The notes: generated from the sequence alone by a model not told the origin. Positions 25,000-37,744 are shown, numbered from the whole stretch's first letter. The stretch is DNA of 61,372 nt, filler included, from Sphacelaria rigidula (GCA_964200075.2; 8 parts of 8 records of this genome joined end to end with filler, not necessarily neighbours in it); one strand, 5' to 3'. Numbers and translations: made by a program.

Positions 25000-25969
25000 A
25001 TGGATCTCACTGACATGGCTAAACTACCAAGGCTGCAGAAAGCAGCATTCACTGCTGGTGCGGCTCTGATAGCAACGTTTTCGACAGTTCGTGTGCTAGC
25101 AGCAGGAGCCGTAGATGCTGTCCTGGTTCCCCACGCATCGGCGTATCCCACCCTGGATCTCGTTGAGGCAGTTCTGGTCTCGACCGCATCGCAGGACTTC
25201 GCCGGCGACAGCAATGCCTACACAGCAGCGTCACACTGGCACAAGGAAAGGCTGCTCCTGTCAGACACAGAGAAGGCTGGACCATACTTGCTGTGCACAG
25301 AGTACGGAAGAGGGCAGGTCGCCCTTCAGTCTCTGCGCACCGCCCTGTCTCCAGACAACGTGCAAACCGTCTCTCACTCGGAACAACATGGCACATGCTT
25401 TATTGCGACGGCCTTTCCTTCGGACGCCTCACTATTGTTGAGCTATCCTACTCGATTTGAACTCGACAGCGCGGGGCCATTCTTGGCAACGCTGAAACTA
25501 GCTCCAGATTTGGTCAACCACGGCTCCTGGGATCACCGTAGCTCGGTGGAAGGCGCAGACAGCTCGGGTCGACGTATGACTACTGGCTACGGAAAGACCA
25601 TCAGTGCGGGGAACGTACGAGGTCTCACATTGAGGCTATCTCCTGGTATAATGCGTACATCTGGCGTTTCGGCAGGGGGGCTCGCCAGAGACTGGCGAGC
25701 GGCGCTGATGTCGAAGAATCTAGATATGCGCAGTACAATGTTCTGGTCTGACCCGGGCATGATGCTTCACGAGAAAGACAACCAACAACAGCAGCTGCTG
25801 CACGCTGGTATTCATAACGAGAACGGGCTTGTGCGCGTTCGCGAGTGGAGCCGAGCGGCGGAAGTGGTCCACGGACTCGCGGACGAGCAAGGGATATCGC
25901 CCGGACAGATTTGCTCTTGGAATCAGGTTGCCATTCATCACACGGATGACCATGTGCTCGAGATCACAG
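25000..25969 (+). CDS. First exon of a secreted protein, probably the N-terminal region of a brown-algal subtilisin-like (S8) protease
   Basis: 323-codon frame from ATG, hydrophobic signal-like N-terminus, donor CAG|GTAGGG. Motifs PYLLC.EYG, VSHS..HG.CF, LKLAP.L, FWSDP, REWSRAA and CSW..V..HH are recalled from brown-algal S8 proteins. The catalytic domain is not in the window. Confidence 0.65.
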
Positions 25970-26196
25970 GTAGGGAGGGAAATCACAGGTAGGGAGGGGG
26001 CTGGGGTATACCGATTGTGGGAGCTTCTTGTCTACCTGCCGACTGTCACTGAAACTACGAAATTGTCGTGAAGGGACAAACTTGAATTTGTTCCTCCGAG
26101 GCTGCTGCCTTCGAGAAGGCTTTTCCTTTCAGACAGGCTGCTTGTTGCGGGAAACAGAAATCAATTTCGAACCGTGTGCTCGAAAAAAACGTTTGA

Positions 26197-26405
26197 CCCG
26201 TAGACCGCGAGGTTAGTCTTCCGGAAACAGAGTTGAATCGGCATCAATTTCGAGTGAAAAAAAGTATGCATGATTCAGAAAGACTAATCTCGCAGTCCAA
26301 GGGTTAACCCCTAGACCGCGAGGTTAGTCTTCTGTTGAATCGGCACCAATTTCAAGTGAAAAAAAGTATGCATGATCCAGAAAGACTAATCTCGCGGTCG
26401 AAGGG
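26197..26405. mobile_element. Two tandem piggyBac-like MITEs (26197-26303, 26308-26405)
   Basis: Same family as 3408-3506. They share the TTAA at 26304-26307; outer flanks are TTGA and TTAA. Confidence 0.8.
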
Positions 26406-27404
26406 TTAACACTCATTTGTCGGCCTGATGAATTAGTATCGACATTTTATTCTTTGATCACCCCCTCCTGTAGAAACTTCTCAAAGAAAAAGAAGATGTT
26501 CAGGGTTGAGTGTGCGGCGGCTTGGACGACGGGCCTGCCAGTCCAGAAACAATGTGAGCTTTGTCATGAGCGTTTGCGACCACGTCATGACATAAGCGAC
26601 CACAACCGCCGCGCCGCCAATGCGCGGAAGAGCAGTCTATGCCGGCAGATATCGGCGTGTTGTTGGATGCTGCGGTATTTCCAGCACAGCAAGCATACAT
26701 ACCATATACATTCCTGACTCAGTTTTGTTTTTCTTGGATACGTTCACCATGTGACCACAGCTAGACCTCTGGGGGATCAGTTGAAGTGCAACAATCAATC
26801 AACCATCAATCGATTAGAATGACTGTCTGTGTTGTAACTGACCGGGGAGGGGGTGAAACTACTGACTTTACTGTTGTAACATATCTTGAAAAATTGTTGT
26901 GTACACCACGATACATACTCGTGGATCTGTCCACCTCAAGCATAATATCTGCTACATTCAACATGTGTTATAAGTGCACTGTTGATGGGGTTTCACATGT
27001 ACCTCCCCCCTCCCCCCCGGTCAGCTCCTCCCGCGTTTGTACAATGCTTCTCGTGCTCTCTACAGTCGGTATGTAGTACAGTACAGGAACACTACTACTG
27101 CGTCTGGATAGCCTGTGTATTGTACCAAGGTTGAAAAGTCGTGTGGTGCGCATCTGCGCCCACACATACCGACTTTTTGGAGGGGCTAGGGCTCCAGTAT
27201 TATTACTTGTTCCTTTCGACGTCTGTGCCACACATCTTCTGTCGGAGGCAGGAATATATGTTGTGTTTTCGCCGGCAGGCGACAAAAAGGTCGGAGAGGG
27301 TCGTTTTTTCGCGGAAGGAGGGGATGACCCAAAAAAGAACTCCTGAAGCACACTCCCCCTTCTTTTCGGCCCTCCATGATGATCTAACCTTAGGGGATGC
27401 AACT

Positions 27405-27660
27405 TAGTTCAACTGAGCGCAGGAGGTGAACCAAGTCACTTCGTCACAGACTACCTGAGGCAAGATACTTGAGTCTGGGTGAACCAAGTCACTTGATATT
27501 ATTAGACTAGCTGGGGCAGGTTACTTACTTCAGATGTTGATTATTATGGAGCAAGTTACAAGGGCTGAGTATAAAAGCTCTACCGTTGAATCAAGTCACT
27601 TGATCTTAAACCACCTGAGGCAAGTTGCTTGAACTGAGCGTAGGTGAACCAAGTCACTTA
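27405..27660. repeat. Complex tandem repeat with recurrent TGAACCAAGTCACTT and CTGAGGCAAG motifs
   Basis: Four copies of the 15-mer at ~27428, 27480, 27587 and 27646. Confidence 0.6.
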
Positions 27661-29278
27661 TTCCTGCGACAGTAACACGGGATTCTACAAAGTTGGGACG
27701 CATTATTTTTTAGATTAGGATGAATTTTGAACCTTGGGAACTTTCGCAAGCATAAAAAAACATGTTTCCGAGATAATGAAAGAAAATGTACTCTTTGGCT
27801 GTGATGTGTGGCCTGCAGTAGTAGTAGTTCATCCTCAAAATAATCCGTTCGCAACTTGTAAAATACCGTGTTTGCTCTGAACGATTCCAAACTCTGTTCA
27901 TTCCAGTCCCAAAACCGTCCTTATTTTTCAGAATCCCTTGTTGTCAACACCATTTTATATATTTTAGTTGCAGATTGACTTTTTATCGGGATAAGCGAGG
28001 CCACATGTGACGACCAGTGCATTTTTGGTATTGTTTTCGGTAAAAAAAACACCCTTGATGCGATGCTGGTAGTCTATCTGGATGCCAATTTAGCAGGTGA
28101 TCTACCGTCGCGGTCGAAGGATTAAGGCATCCGTCAGATAGTTCTTATCATTAGTAAGTGAGGCAATTTTCTTCAAGTGGGTATAGTTAGTTGCTGCAGC
28201 GAACGAGACTGGAATTTGACTCTTAGAGCTCTATATGATTGTTCTGACCATCAGCTACAGACACTTTTTACGATAATAGCAACCTCCCAAGAGTGCATGG
28301 TTTTGGATCACAAAATCTTCATATAATCGAAATGGGAAACGCCGAGCACAACGAGCAGGTAGCTGGGAATTCCCATGCTTGGGTTCGGTTTAGACAATAT
28401 TGCCAATATGAGGCGCTTCATGCGGTCTGAACTCAAGCATCAGGCGCTGTATATGGCCATTTTTTTGTGACACTTCCTTCTGGGCTGGTTTGGGGGGGGG
28501 GGGAGCTATCGTAGAAAGTGTATACATGAACATTTTGATTCATCAATCGATTCATTGTCGCACATGAATTTACTGACCCCGAGGGCCCTAGCCGTGCCCA
28601 CAGGATAGACGCACCCAACAAGGTACTACTAGTGTAGTCGCAACGAAAACGCTCAGCATGTTTTCGTGAGATGGTGAGTAGAGGATACAAATCACTGAAA
28701 AGGTGGAAAGCGATCAATTATTAGTGAATGTATCGTTTCAGGTCCGAAATGCCTCTCGACGAGGCCCGATATGCTTTCCGCAGTTGCTTGCTACTGAGAC
28801 CCTTGATATCCCTGAGTAGGATATCGACGTGTAGCTGTAAGCACACACCGCTGGTGTCGCTTCGAGCACGTCGATTGCTGGGACTTCGTACATGGCGAAA
28901 AAGTGTAATGTTGTATCGATTTGTGTGTCGTACATATATTCCGTTCTCCTTCCTCAAGTCTTCTACGTAGTGGTGCTTCCGTTTTGCTTACCTTCGCCAC
29001 ATCTTTCTTCTAACCAAGGCTGGATTTCTCGAGAATCTCTTCTGACGTGGAGCAACAACCAATCGATCAATCAGTTGTTGCATATGTAGCAACAACAACA
29101 ACAGGTGCTTGCTGTCCTGAGGGCCGCCGCCATCAAGTGGTGGGCGAGTGCTCGTGTCGCTGACGACGATACACCATCCCCGTGCGATTATTTTCAAATC
29201 GAGCAGGGGGCAGCACGGAGAACATTTTCGGACGTGTAGCCCCCCCCCCCCCGCCCCCCGGAGGGCTCTGTCATAATA

Positions 29279-29828
29279 CAGTAGTGGGCGGTCTAACTAA
29301 TCATTTTGTGGCATTTTGTGATTTGTTCGTATTTGGTGAGTTTCTTGGGCTCTTTTCGCTTGCCAACGCTCATGACATCGGGGATCTGAAGATATTTGTA
29401 TCCGCTCCACATTCCAAGAAAGAAAAATCATCTGTGCTCAATATTGCGTGACTTACGGGCCGATTGGTCATCGGGGGTCCTGTCATGTTTCAGCCCAGAT
29501 TCTTACTCTCCGGTATTTTCGGTCGGTCGAGCGTGTTCCGATCATGTTTGTGAAGAAATTTACAGTTTTATTTCTGTGAAATTCTATCTACTAATTGCAC
29601 TAGAGCCGAAAAACTGTGTTTGACGGTCAACAACACCCTCCTGATGAACGGGGTATTTACTCGTATCGGCCAATAACACCGACTAACACTGACTTGGGCA
29701 CTGTGTTTCGATGATGACCTGTTTGTTGTACCAAAATTTACCGGCGCTAGCAATTTCGAGTTCTATCGAGGAGTAGTACGCGAGGAAAACCCCCCAACAC
29801 CTCTGAATAGTTAGACCGCCCACTACTC
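29279..29828. mobile_element. Tc1/mariner-like MITE (550 bp)
   Basis: TA flanks. TIR CAGTAGTGGGCGGTCTAACTA / TAGTTAGACCGCCCACTACTC. Paralog of 10005-10553. Confidence 0.82.
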
Positions 29829-29934
29829 TATTTGTTTTTCAACTTTGTCGCAAGAAATTGATTAGTTCTAAGGAACAATGGCAAAAACAGGAAAGTTTGG
29901 TGGGCTTTGCGCGGTCCGTATACCTGCTTCCACT

Positions 29935-30066
29935 TTGTGTACCCACCACATAGTCGCTCTCCACTGTTGGGCATGGTGGGATAAAAAATCTCAGATCACT
30001 CCGAGATTTGAACCCACAACCCAACCAACAGAAGGTTTCGAGGTTACCCACTGAGCCACCCGGGCG
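29935..30066 (-). mobile_element. SINE family A 5' fragment (tRNA-like head)
   Basis: Minus strand GCCCGGGTGGCTCAGTGGG...GGTTCAAATC. Confidence 0.65.
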
Positions 30067-30175
30067 AAAACGTAAGCTAGGGTCAACATCTCTCATAGTA
30101 TTTTCGTAGCGGTATTTTTCCCTCATAACTTGTTGCAAAAAACGAGGGAGAAAAACGAACCGGAAGAGACGGCCA

Positions 30176-30548
30176 TATTGGGGATGAAAATCCGGAGAAT
30201 TAAAATCTTCGTATCCACACCAAATCTTCGAAGTTTACTTCCATTTCTCTAATTAATTGCTGGTACTGTAGCTATTGACAACTACTACACGCCATACAAA
30301 TTTGGATTTCGATGACCGAAATATCGGAATCCTAGGTGAAGAACCACCTTTGGCGTCCGATCGGACACCTGAAATCCCCCAAAATTGTTTTTTCACCTAG
30401 GATCCCGACATTTCGGTTACCGAAACTAAAAAATTGTATGGCGTGTAGTAGTCGTCGATAGCTACCAACAAGTGAAGAAATGGAAGCATACTTCGAATAT
30501 TTGGTCTGGATACGAATATTGTAATTCTCTGGGTTTTCATCCCCAATA
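30176..30548. mobile_element. Fold-back MITE with ~165-bp inverted arms; related ends at 23055-23121 and 30577-30638
   Basis: Long imperfect inverted repeat, e.g. ACTACTACACGCCATACAA / TTGTATGGCGTGTAGTAGT. Confidence 0.7.
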
Positions 30549-30638
30549 AAACATCCATCCCCCAATTTAACATCCAATCATCTATGTTGAGGATGGTGCT
30601 TTTCATTGAGGATGAGAACCCGGAGGATTAAAATCTTC

Positions 30639-30738
30639 NNNNNNNNNNNNNNNNNNNNNNNNNNNNNNNNNNNNNNNNNNNNTTAATTAATTAANNNNNN
30701 NNNNNNNNNNNNNNNNNNNNNNNNNNNNNNNNNNNNNN
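30639..30738. other. Artificial scaffold linker
   Basis: N44-TTAATTAATTAA-N44. Confidence 0.97.
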
Positions 30739-30905
30739 GGAGAAGGTTCACGTGGACATACTGTAGAGCACCAAGTAGCTCTCCGAAACAAACGTTCGTG
30801 TATATATATATATATATGTACGTATCTTCACCTGTTCGCCTCCGCCTATTTGTCTTTTTCTTGTTTTTTTCGTCATTTTTTTTTTTTGCGGGGAAACCAA
30901 AAAAG

Positions 30906-31268
30906 GACGCCCGCTCACTGAAGCTGAGCGAAGACGACCTCAAAGATCCCGATCTTCTCCGCGAACTCGGCGACGTATCTGGAGGGATGACCTTCCCGGC
31001 CGACGCCACCAATAGCGCCAGCAGCTCTGCGCTGTCGGTAGGGGGGGAAAGTCGCGGCGGCGGCATTGCATCGATGTCTGCTGGTCCACGACGAGGTAGC
31101 GGTCGTGGCGCCCACGCTGCTTACGGCGGCGGCGGATACGGGGTGGACGATAGGGGTGATGATGACATCGTTCTGCCCGACGTCATGGAAGATGAAGACA
31201 TGGATGATTTCGGAGATGAAGATTTGGATCTTGAAGAAATAGAGGACCATCTCGCCAATGATGAGGAG
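30906..31268 (+). CDS. CC2D1/Lgd-like DM14-repeat protein, exon (LSEDDLKDPDLLREL...acidic tract)
   Basis: AAG acceptor, GAG|GTATGA donor, 363 nt, phase 0. Confidence 0.7.
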
Positions 31269-32182
31269 GTATGATGGGGACCTTATTGTGTAGGGGAAGC
31301 GGAGCACAAAGAGTGGGTAATTTTTTCAGATGGATCTTTGGATCTGGGGAGTGTTCAGAGGAGATATGCGTGTCGGTTTAATTTGGTTCATCACTCCGTT
31401 AATTGCGCCCCTTGCGCATCCCAGCTAATGAACGGAACATTTGTGTGCGACATGAAGACTTCGTGCGTATGGCCCTGCGCTGCCGTCGACTTTCACGGTC
31501 TTGTCTCCTTCAGTCGTGTTACCTTTCTGAGGGGGGAAAAGGGTGGGCGGGTGGTTTTTTAATGGATCTTTGAATCTGGGGAGTCGAGGAGAAGCATGTA
31601 CTGTGTTGTCATCTGCATTACTATGAAGACTCATCACGCTGACTGGCAGCCACCGCTAAGTCCGTGCATTATGTTCTCAGGGTCGGACGATTTAATAACT
31701 CGTCTGAAAATTACTTGATTTTAGTGTGATTGATTCATACCGTACGCCTTAGGCTTTGTTTTCAGCGTTGCAACCCAGGTACGCGCAGCCCAGGCACGTG
31801 GAATGGCGCAAAAATTGCGTGGAGACCTTTTTGACCAGCAGTCAACTTTTTTCTCCTTGTTGAACAATCAGGCCTTGAAAATCGTGAATTTGGTGATTCG
31901 AACCGATTATGATTCGTCCGAACCGTGAAATGTTCTGTGCACATGTTGTCATTCAAATGTTTTTTGTCAGAGTACTCCCCTACGGCCCGGCCCCCCTGTA
32001 CAGTACGAAAGACAGTAGTACAAACGGTGGTGTTTTTTTCTCGAGTCATTTCACACGCACCCCCGGGGGTGAAATAATGGAATTAGTGAGGTTACTGGAA
32101 GAACGAATTTCAATTGTTGTCCCAACATTACCGTTATGACGCAGGATATCTTGCAAGGGTACGTACGGGTAGGGGGTGAAGC

Positions 32183-32492
32183 GGGGTGTACTCATGATCT
32201 TGCATGCCGTAGTCATAAGACCACTGACCTCGCATCCCTACAAGGTCGGCAAGGCCGGGACGGCGCACGCCTGGTTTTCGCCGGAACTGACTGGCAGTCA
32301 CCAAGCGCCAAGAGTCGTGGTGTGTTCGGCGAGTCGCATGAAGGATGACCCACACCCTGCTAACGTTGTTTGGGTCCGACTGAGGTCGTTGGGTCCGAAG
32401 TGTCCTAATTGTCTTGCATATGGATTACAGCTTGCCATGAGTTGCTTCATTTTGTGGTATCGCCACTTCCAAATACAGCCACGGGTCACACT
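32183..32492 (+). repeat. Dispersed repeat family B
   Basis: GTACTCATGATCTTGCATGCC...GCATCCCTACAA shared with 22893-22954, 41208-41596 and 52160-52579(-); the 3' part is shared with 61290-61372(-). Confidence 0.7.
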
Positions 32493-32901
32493 GGGATTGA
32501 GGGGGGGGAGGGGTACTCATTTTTTGCTTGCCTTGGTCGTTTGACCATTGACCACGCATCCCTTTCGAGACGGAGCAGGGGGGGGGGGGAGGGGGAAGAT
32601 GTGTGGACATCCGCGTTTGAAATCGAACCACTTCTTGAACACCTTTCTTTGGGTTGCAGTTTAATTTATGCCGTATCCCACGTTGCGGACAGCCCAACTG
32701 GCGCCTATGTAGCCGCCAACCAACAAAGTAGCATGCATGCCCTGCTGGGCAAGAGTGCGAAAAAATGTGTTTTTAGTATGCTGTTCATCTCTGTGTGCTG
32801 CATGATACACGCACATCGTGGAATCACGTCTCGGCTGAATGAACGACATCCCGAAGCGGGCGTCTTGTTTGTCCGCTACATCATCATATCATCGCGCGTC
32901 C

Positions 32902-32902
<1 letters not shown>

Positions 32903-32947
<45 letters not shown>
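32903..32947. repeat. (TG)n microsatellite
   Basis: Direct observation. Confidence 0.9.
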
Positions 32948-32951
<4 letters not shown>

Positions 32952-33036
32952 CTGTGTGTGATTCGTATCTTCGTTTGTATCCCCGTTGTGTCCGTGTTTT
33001 GTGTATTTTTGTGTCTGTGCGTGTGTGTTTGTTTAG

Positions 33037-33156
33037 CTTGCCGGCGGATTGGCTCCCCAACAAGCGCCGCAGCGTGTCGCGCCGAAGCAAGATGATATTT
33101 CGCGGCTGGAACAGGAGATAGCCACGCTGAAACAGCGAGCAATAACGCTACACAAG
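33037..33156 (+). CDS. CC2D1/Lgd-like protein exon (…LEQEIATLKQRAITLHK)
   Basis: TAG acceptor, GTAACC donor, 120 nt, phase 0. First half of a DM14-like repeat. Confidence 0.72.
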
Positions 33157-34392
33157 GTAACCGACAGGAAGGCTGACGTATTGAAAGCTCTTGGGAGATA
33201 TTGGGAGATGACAATAAAGGGGAGACTTGGGAGGATGCGTAAGCAGGGGGGGGGTCATAGCTCTCGTGCCTGCCCCTTACCCTGTAACATTCGCACATTG
33301 CTACAGAGTAGTGTATCGGTAACTATTTACATATTTTTCACTGGGGCAATACGTCGTGTGTATGGTCATGATCCATGAGCTTCTCGCATAAGCCGTACGG
33401 TACTGTGACTTTTCGGTAACTACTTACACATTTTCACCAGGAAAGCGCCTCGTATATATGGTCATAACCCATAAGCTTGTCGCACAAGCCGTACGGTATT
33501 GTGGCTTCATGAACCCCGTCCCCATGAGTCGGACTGACGTTTGGATCATGACCCCGGTTTGCTTCGCTTCTGTTGTACGTATCTATGGCCCCCATTATCC
33601 TGGGAGAGAAGCTGAGCTTCGAAAAAAACCTTTGAAGTTTCACCGCCACCTCATAATTCCCCCTCCCCACCCGTGTTTTGTTTCATTTTCGGCTACTTTT
33701 GTAACGATGTCGTCTCTCGGAACAGTTTCACACCCTGGATCATGACAGTCGGTTATATTGTCAAAAAGTGTACTGCGTAGGGTACATCACCCCTTATATG
33801 TAATGCACTTGGCACTGCGAGGTAAACGTACTGAAGAGAAATGTGTTTCTGCCCGATTGTGTCATACTCAACTCTGAGCATTAGACACATAAATTTCGTC
33901 GTGTTTCGATGCGCAAGGACACATTTGATATTTACATTTGCCACGTCGTGTGCGGTTATTTTGATAGCACTTTAATATATATATATGCATAATTTTTTGG
34001 TGGTATGTCCTCCCTTCCAAATAATTTACTGTATTCTTATGTTTATTCATTGATTCGGTTGATTCGGTTCATTTCATCTTGTTCCATTCAGCTAGGTGTC
34101 ATGCATTTTATATCCATTAATTCACTCATATTTTGTGTCCACTGGGGCACTTACTCCACAGTCATTTTACTTCTTCTACTTCTCGTAGTTCTCGTAGTTC
34201 TCGTAATTACCGTTTTTAGTTCTTTCACCATACATGCTCATTGTATTTTATACTATGGAGTATTTTCATGTCTTCATGATGCCATGGTGCCATGTTTTTT
34301 TTTCATGTTTCATGTATTTTAACTGTTTCATATCTTTCTGCATTCCACAATCTCTATGCTATGTCCGCTCAAACCACCATCCCTCGCGCACT

Positions 34393-34395
<3 letters not shown>

Positions 34396-34464
<69 letters not shown>
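34396..34464. repeat. (CA)n microsatellite
   Basis: Direct observation. Confidence 0.9.
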
Positions 34465-34466
<2 letters not shown>

Positions 34467-34477
34467 CACCTTAAAAG

Positions 34478-34729
34478 GCCGGAGACAAGCAAGGCGCCTT
34501 GGAGGTCATGCGCGACGCCAAATCGGCAGAGCACGAACTGTCGGTGTTCCGAACACTCGCCACAGCAAAAAAGGTGGCCACTGTCTCGACGAAGATCGTA
34601 GAGCCGCCGCCGCCACAGAAAGAGGAGCAACAGCTATCACCGGAGTCAACGCCGACGCCCTCTCCAGCCGGCGCCGGAGCGGGCGGCGGGGGTGGGAAGC
34701 CAGTATCCGCAGAGCTCCTGATGAAGCAG
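34478..34729 (+). CDS. CC2D1/Lgd-like protein exon (AGDKQGALEVMRDAKSAEHEL...)
   Basis: AAG acceptor, GTGAGA donor, 252 nt, phase 0. Completes the DM14-like pattern K.RA..L.K.GD...A...M+.AK..E..L. Confidence 0.75.
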
Positions 34730-35492
34730 GTGAGACTTTCACTGCAGATCAAGAGATATCGACCCTTTTTGCGCCCCCCGGCCTACTACCATTTTGAATC
34801 CGACCAGATTTTCGGAGAATGGCACTAGCATATAAGGGTTGATGCCGCACCAAAAGAGAACACGCGAAATCGTCAGCGCCCGAGTTCCCCGCTGTTGTAT
34901 GGTCTTCCTCTTCTACAAATATTGCCATCCTCCATGAGACTGTCAGGAGCTGCAGCAGGCCGTGAGCGCTATAATGGCTCTCACAATGTGGAAGCCCTGG
35001 GATGCTGTTCTGGGACTTGACCGTTGACAATCCCCGCTAGATTTCGGAGGATGGTTATTGTAGGCGTAGCGTAGAATGGACGCCAGAAGGACCTGGGGTG
35101 CTTGGTAGGCGTGATGCGATGTCAAATATTGATATAGCTAATCCTGTAGGCGAGCAGCAGCGTTTCACCATGTGGTTGAGCGAAGCGGGTCCACTTTAGT
35201 TTTTTTCCCCTTCCGTGTCATCATTCAGCTGTGAGTATTTTTGGAGCTAACTAGTGCAGGGTAATGGATACCCCCGCCGCATCGCTGTTACCTCGCCACA
35301 GGGGTTGGTAAGGATGATGAGCTCGCTCACCGCTGCGGTACTACGCGTGTTACTCGTGTGTGTCATACTCCAGCGTGTCATACTCCAGCGTGTGTGTGTA
35401 TGTGTTTGTGTGTCAACTTTTGCTCGTCCTGCTCAGTTCGCTTTCTGACATGTGGGAAGCTTTTCCGCCGACAAGCTCAGGTACAAAATTAA

Positions 35493-35631
35493 CCCTTGGG
35501 GAACTAGACCCCCAGGGAGTGCTGGTTTTTGTTTTTGTGAGTCGGCATCATCTTCACTCATTTTCAAGTCAAAATGATGCCGATTCAAAAAGATTAACAA
35601 AACAAAAATCACCGCCTTAGTTCTCAAAGGG
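35493..35631. mobile_element. piggyBac-like MITE variant (139 bp)
   Basis: TTAA on both sides, TIR CCCTTGGGGAACTA / TAGTTCTCAAAGGG, inverted TCGGCATCA motifs inside. Confidence 0.7.
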
Positions 35632-37157
35632 TTAAAACACCACCACCCAACCACACGCGCACGAGATGCATCTGCAGCACCCCCCCCCCCCCCCCCCCGA
35701 ACCCCCAGCGAATAACTACGTCATGGCATTGAGCTGTTGAGCAAAAAATAGTGGTTTGTGTTGACCACATACATGTGCTACTCGTATTGGCGCGATGATT
35801 TTTCTCTTGTCCTCTATACGGCAAAGTGCCGCCGGTTTTCCACAGATACCTAGTCTCACGCGCGGTATGTATATCTACATATGTGTGTGTGGCAACGGCC
35901 TTCTTTATACAGGCGTTGTGCATCCACCAGACCAACTACTACGTGGTAGTCCATCCCCCGCTTCCCCCCTCAGCGTACTGAATAGCCGCTGGGGCACGGC
36001 GGTTGCGGTACGAATCGTGGGACATATCGTGCGTTTTTTTTTGTAGACGAAGTATCTGATGTACGCCTTTTGAAAACGCGGGGACATACGTGACTAGCGA
36101 AATATGTATGTAAAAGTATGGGGAGACCCGACGCGGCGTGGGACTGCTGATCCAATCGGCGATAACAGAATATGTGAGGCAAGCACGGTGGGAAAATATA
36201 GATGGGCTGGCTCCTGGAGACCACGGACTAGTCCCGACGGAGAGAGGAGGTAGGGGTTAGAAGTGCGGCGATAAAAAATGAGAATGATGAATGATGCATC
36301 TGAAAAAGTGATGTGAGTCCTCGACATGCGTGCATTTGTGGTGATGTATGTGTACGGTTCCCGTTTGTCAGAGGGTCAGCTATAATAGTGTCCGCGTTGA
36401 CATGTGTATGTTTAGAGCATGTATTCAAGATATATCTTCTCACGTTGATTGGTCGATCGATTGTCGCACGTTCACGAAGATTCTGAAGAGACTCAGTCGT
36501 AAGGCGCAAGCTAGGCGCAACCAACCAAGGCGAATAAAACGGAATTACTCGTCGAAGAGAACTTGAGAATGTGTCGAAGAAAACGAAGGATAAGGTACAT
36601 GGGAAACTGAACAGAAACGAGAGGCGATTTCAGAACAGAAGTAACGAGGATATATGTCATCTTCACGTATTCATGGATGTTGGAATAAGCATCAACCGTT
36701 CCCATCCCGTTGTACTGCGTGTGCAGGGTATGTGCAATATAGGAAAGTGATATTCACTATGAACCCGAAAATGAAGAAATACAACGAACAAAATATATGA
36801 CTGGTGCTCCGTTCGGTTGGTTCTTGAAGAGTTATGTGTTTTATTTTGTTCTACGAGTGTACCATTTTGTCAAGGGCCGATCGGAGAGGGTATAGCCAGT
36901 ATTGTTGTGTTTTGAGAAGTGGGGATCCGACCCATGCCCGCATCAGCAGCCAGCCCAGTGCTGTTGCTTCCCTCTCACAAGCCCGTACAACTCGTTGTGA
37001 CTGACTTAAGCAGGTGATGTGCGACGTTTTGAAATACCAACAATATCGGGTATACCCCTACCCGACCTGCCGTTGCATTTTTTATTTTTCACAACAAAAC
37101 GGGAAAAAAAATACCATCGACTGTCCAAGCCAACTAACAAAGAAACAAGAATCGAAG

Positions 37158-37158
37158 C

Positions 37159-37197
<39 letters not shown>

Positions 37198-37320
37198 GAT
37201 CATGACAACAATGGATCATGACAACAATGGATCATGACAACAATGGATCATGACAACGACGGATCATGACAACGACGGATCACGACAACAATGGATCATG
37301 ACAACGACGGATCACGACAA
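37158..37320. repeat. (CAA)n followed by a 16-bp minisatellite ATGGATCATGACAACA x ~8
   Basis: Direct observation. Confidence 0.9.
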
Positions 37321-37484
37321 AAACAAATACAAGCGTGGGAAAGTCAGTACGAAATAAGAAAAATAAGGAAAAAGACGGTTGGATTGGAACACAAAGATCA
37401 AGAAAAGAGGAAGAAAACATGTTTCGTGTATGACCCACTACAAACGGTACATACCGTATATCTACCGAATTGACCTAATCTCAG

Positions 37485-37744
37485 GTGAAGGTGCTGAAGC
37501 AAAGAGCGGTGGAACTCAAGAGGGAGGGTCGTCAGGCCGAGGCTATGGCGTGCCTCAAGCGGGCGAAGAATCTCGAGGCCGATCTTCTGAGACAGGCCCA
37601 CGACAAGGGGTTGGTCTCAGGCGAGGGCGATGGGGAGCAGTTGATGAGGCGGCCATCCATGATGCGCCAAGGGAGCGTCAGGAGAGGTAGCGGGGGGCAA
37701 GAGCCGCAGGCGGCGTATGCGCCCCCTGGAAGGGGCGAGAGCAG
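37485..37744 (+). CDS. CC2D1/Lgd-like protein exon (VKVLKQRAVELKREGRQAEAMACLKRAKNLEADL...)
   Basis: CAG acceptor, GTAATG donor, in frame with the previous exon. Second DM14-like repeat. Confidence 0.75.

Noticed and set aside
27405-27660. CRISPR-like array
   Set aside because: Spacers are related to each other and irregular, the context is eukaryotic, and no cas genes are present.
23055-30638. Scaffold 4 as a 7.6-kb TIR element carrying a protease gene
   Set aside because: The inverted end matches are outward-running pieces of the fold-back MITE family at which the assembly broke, so they face the wrong way for TIRs.
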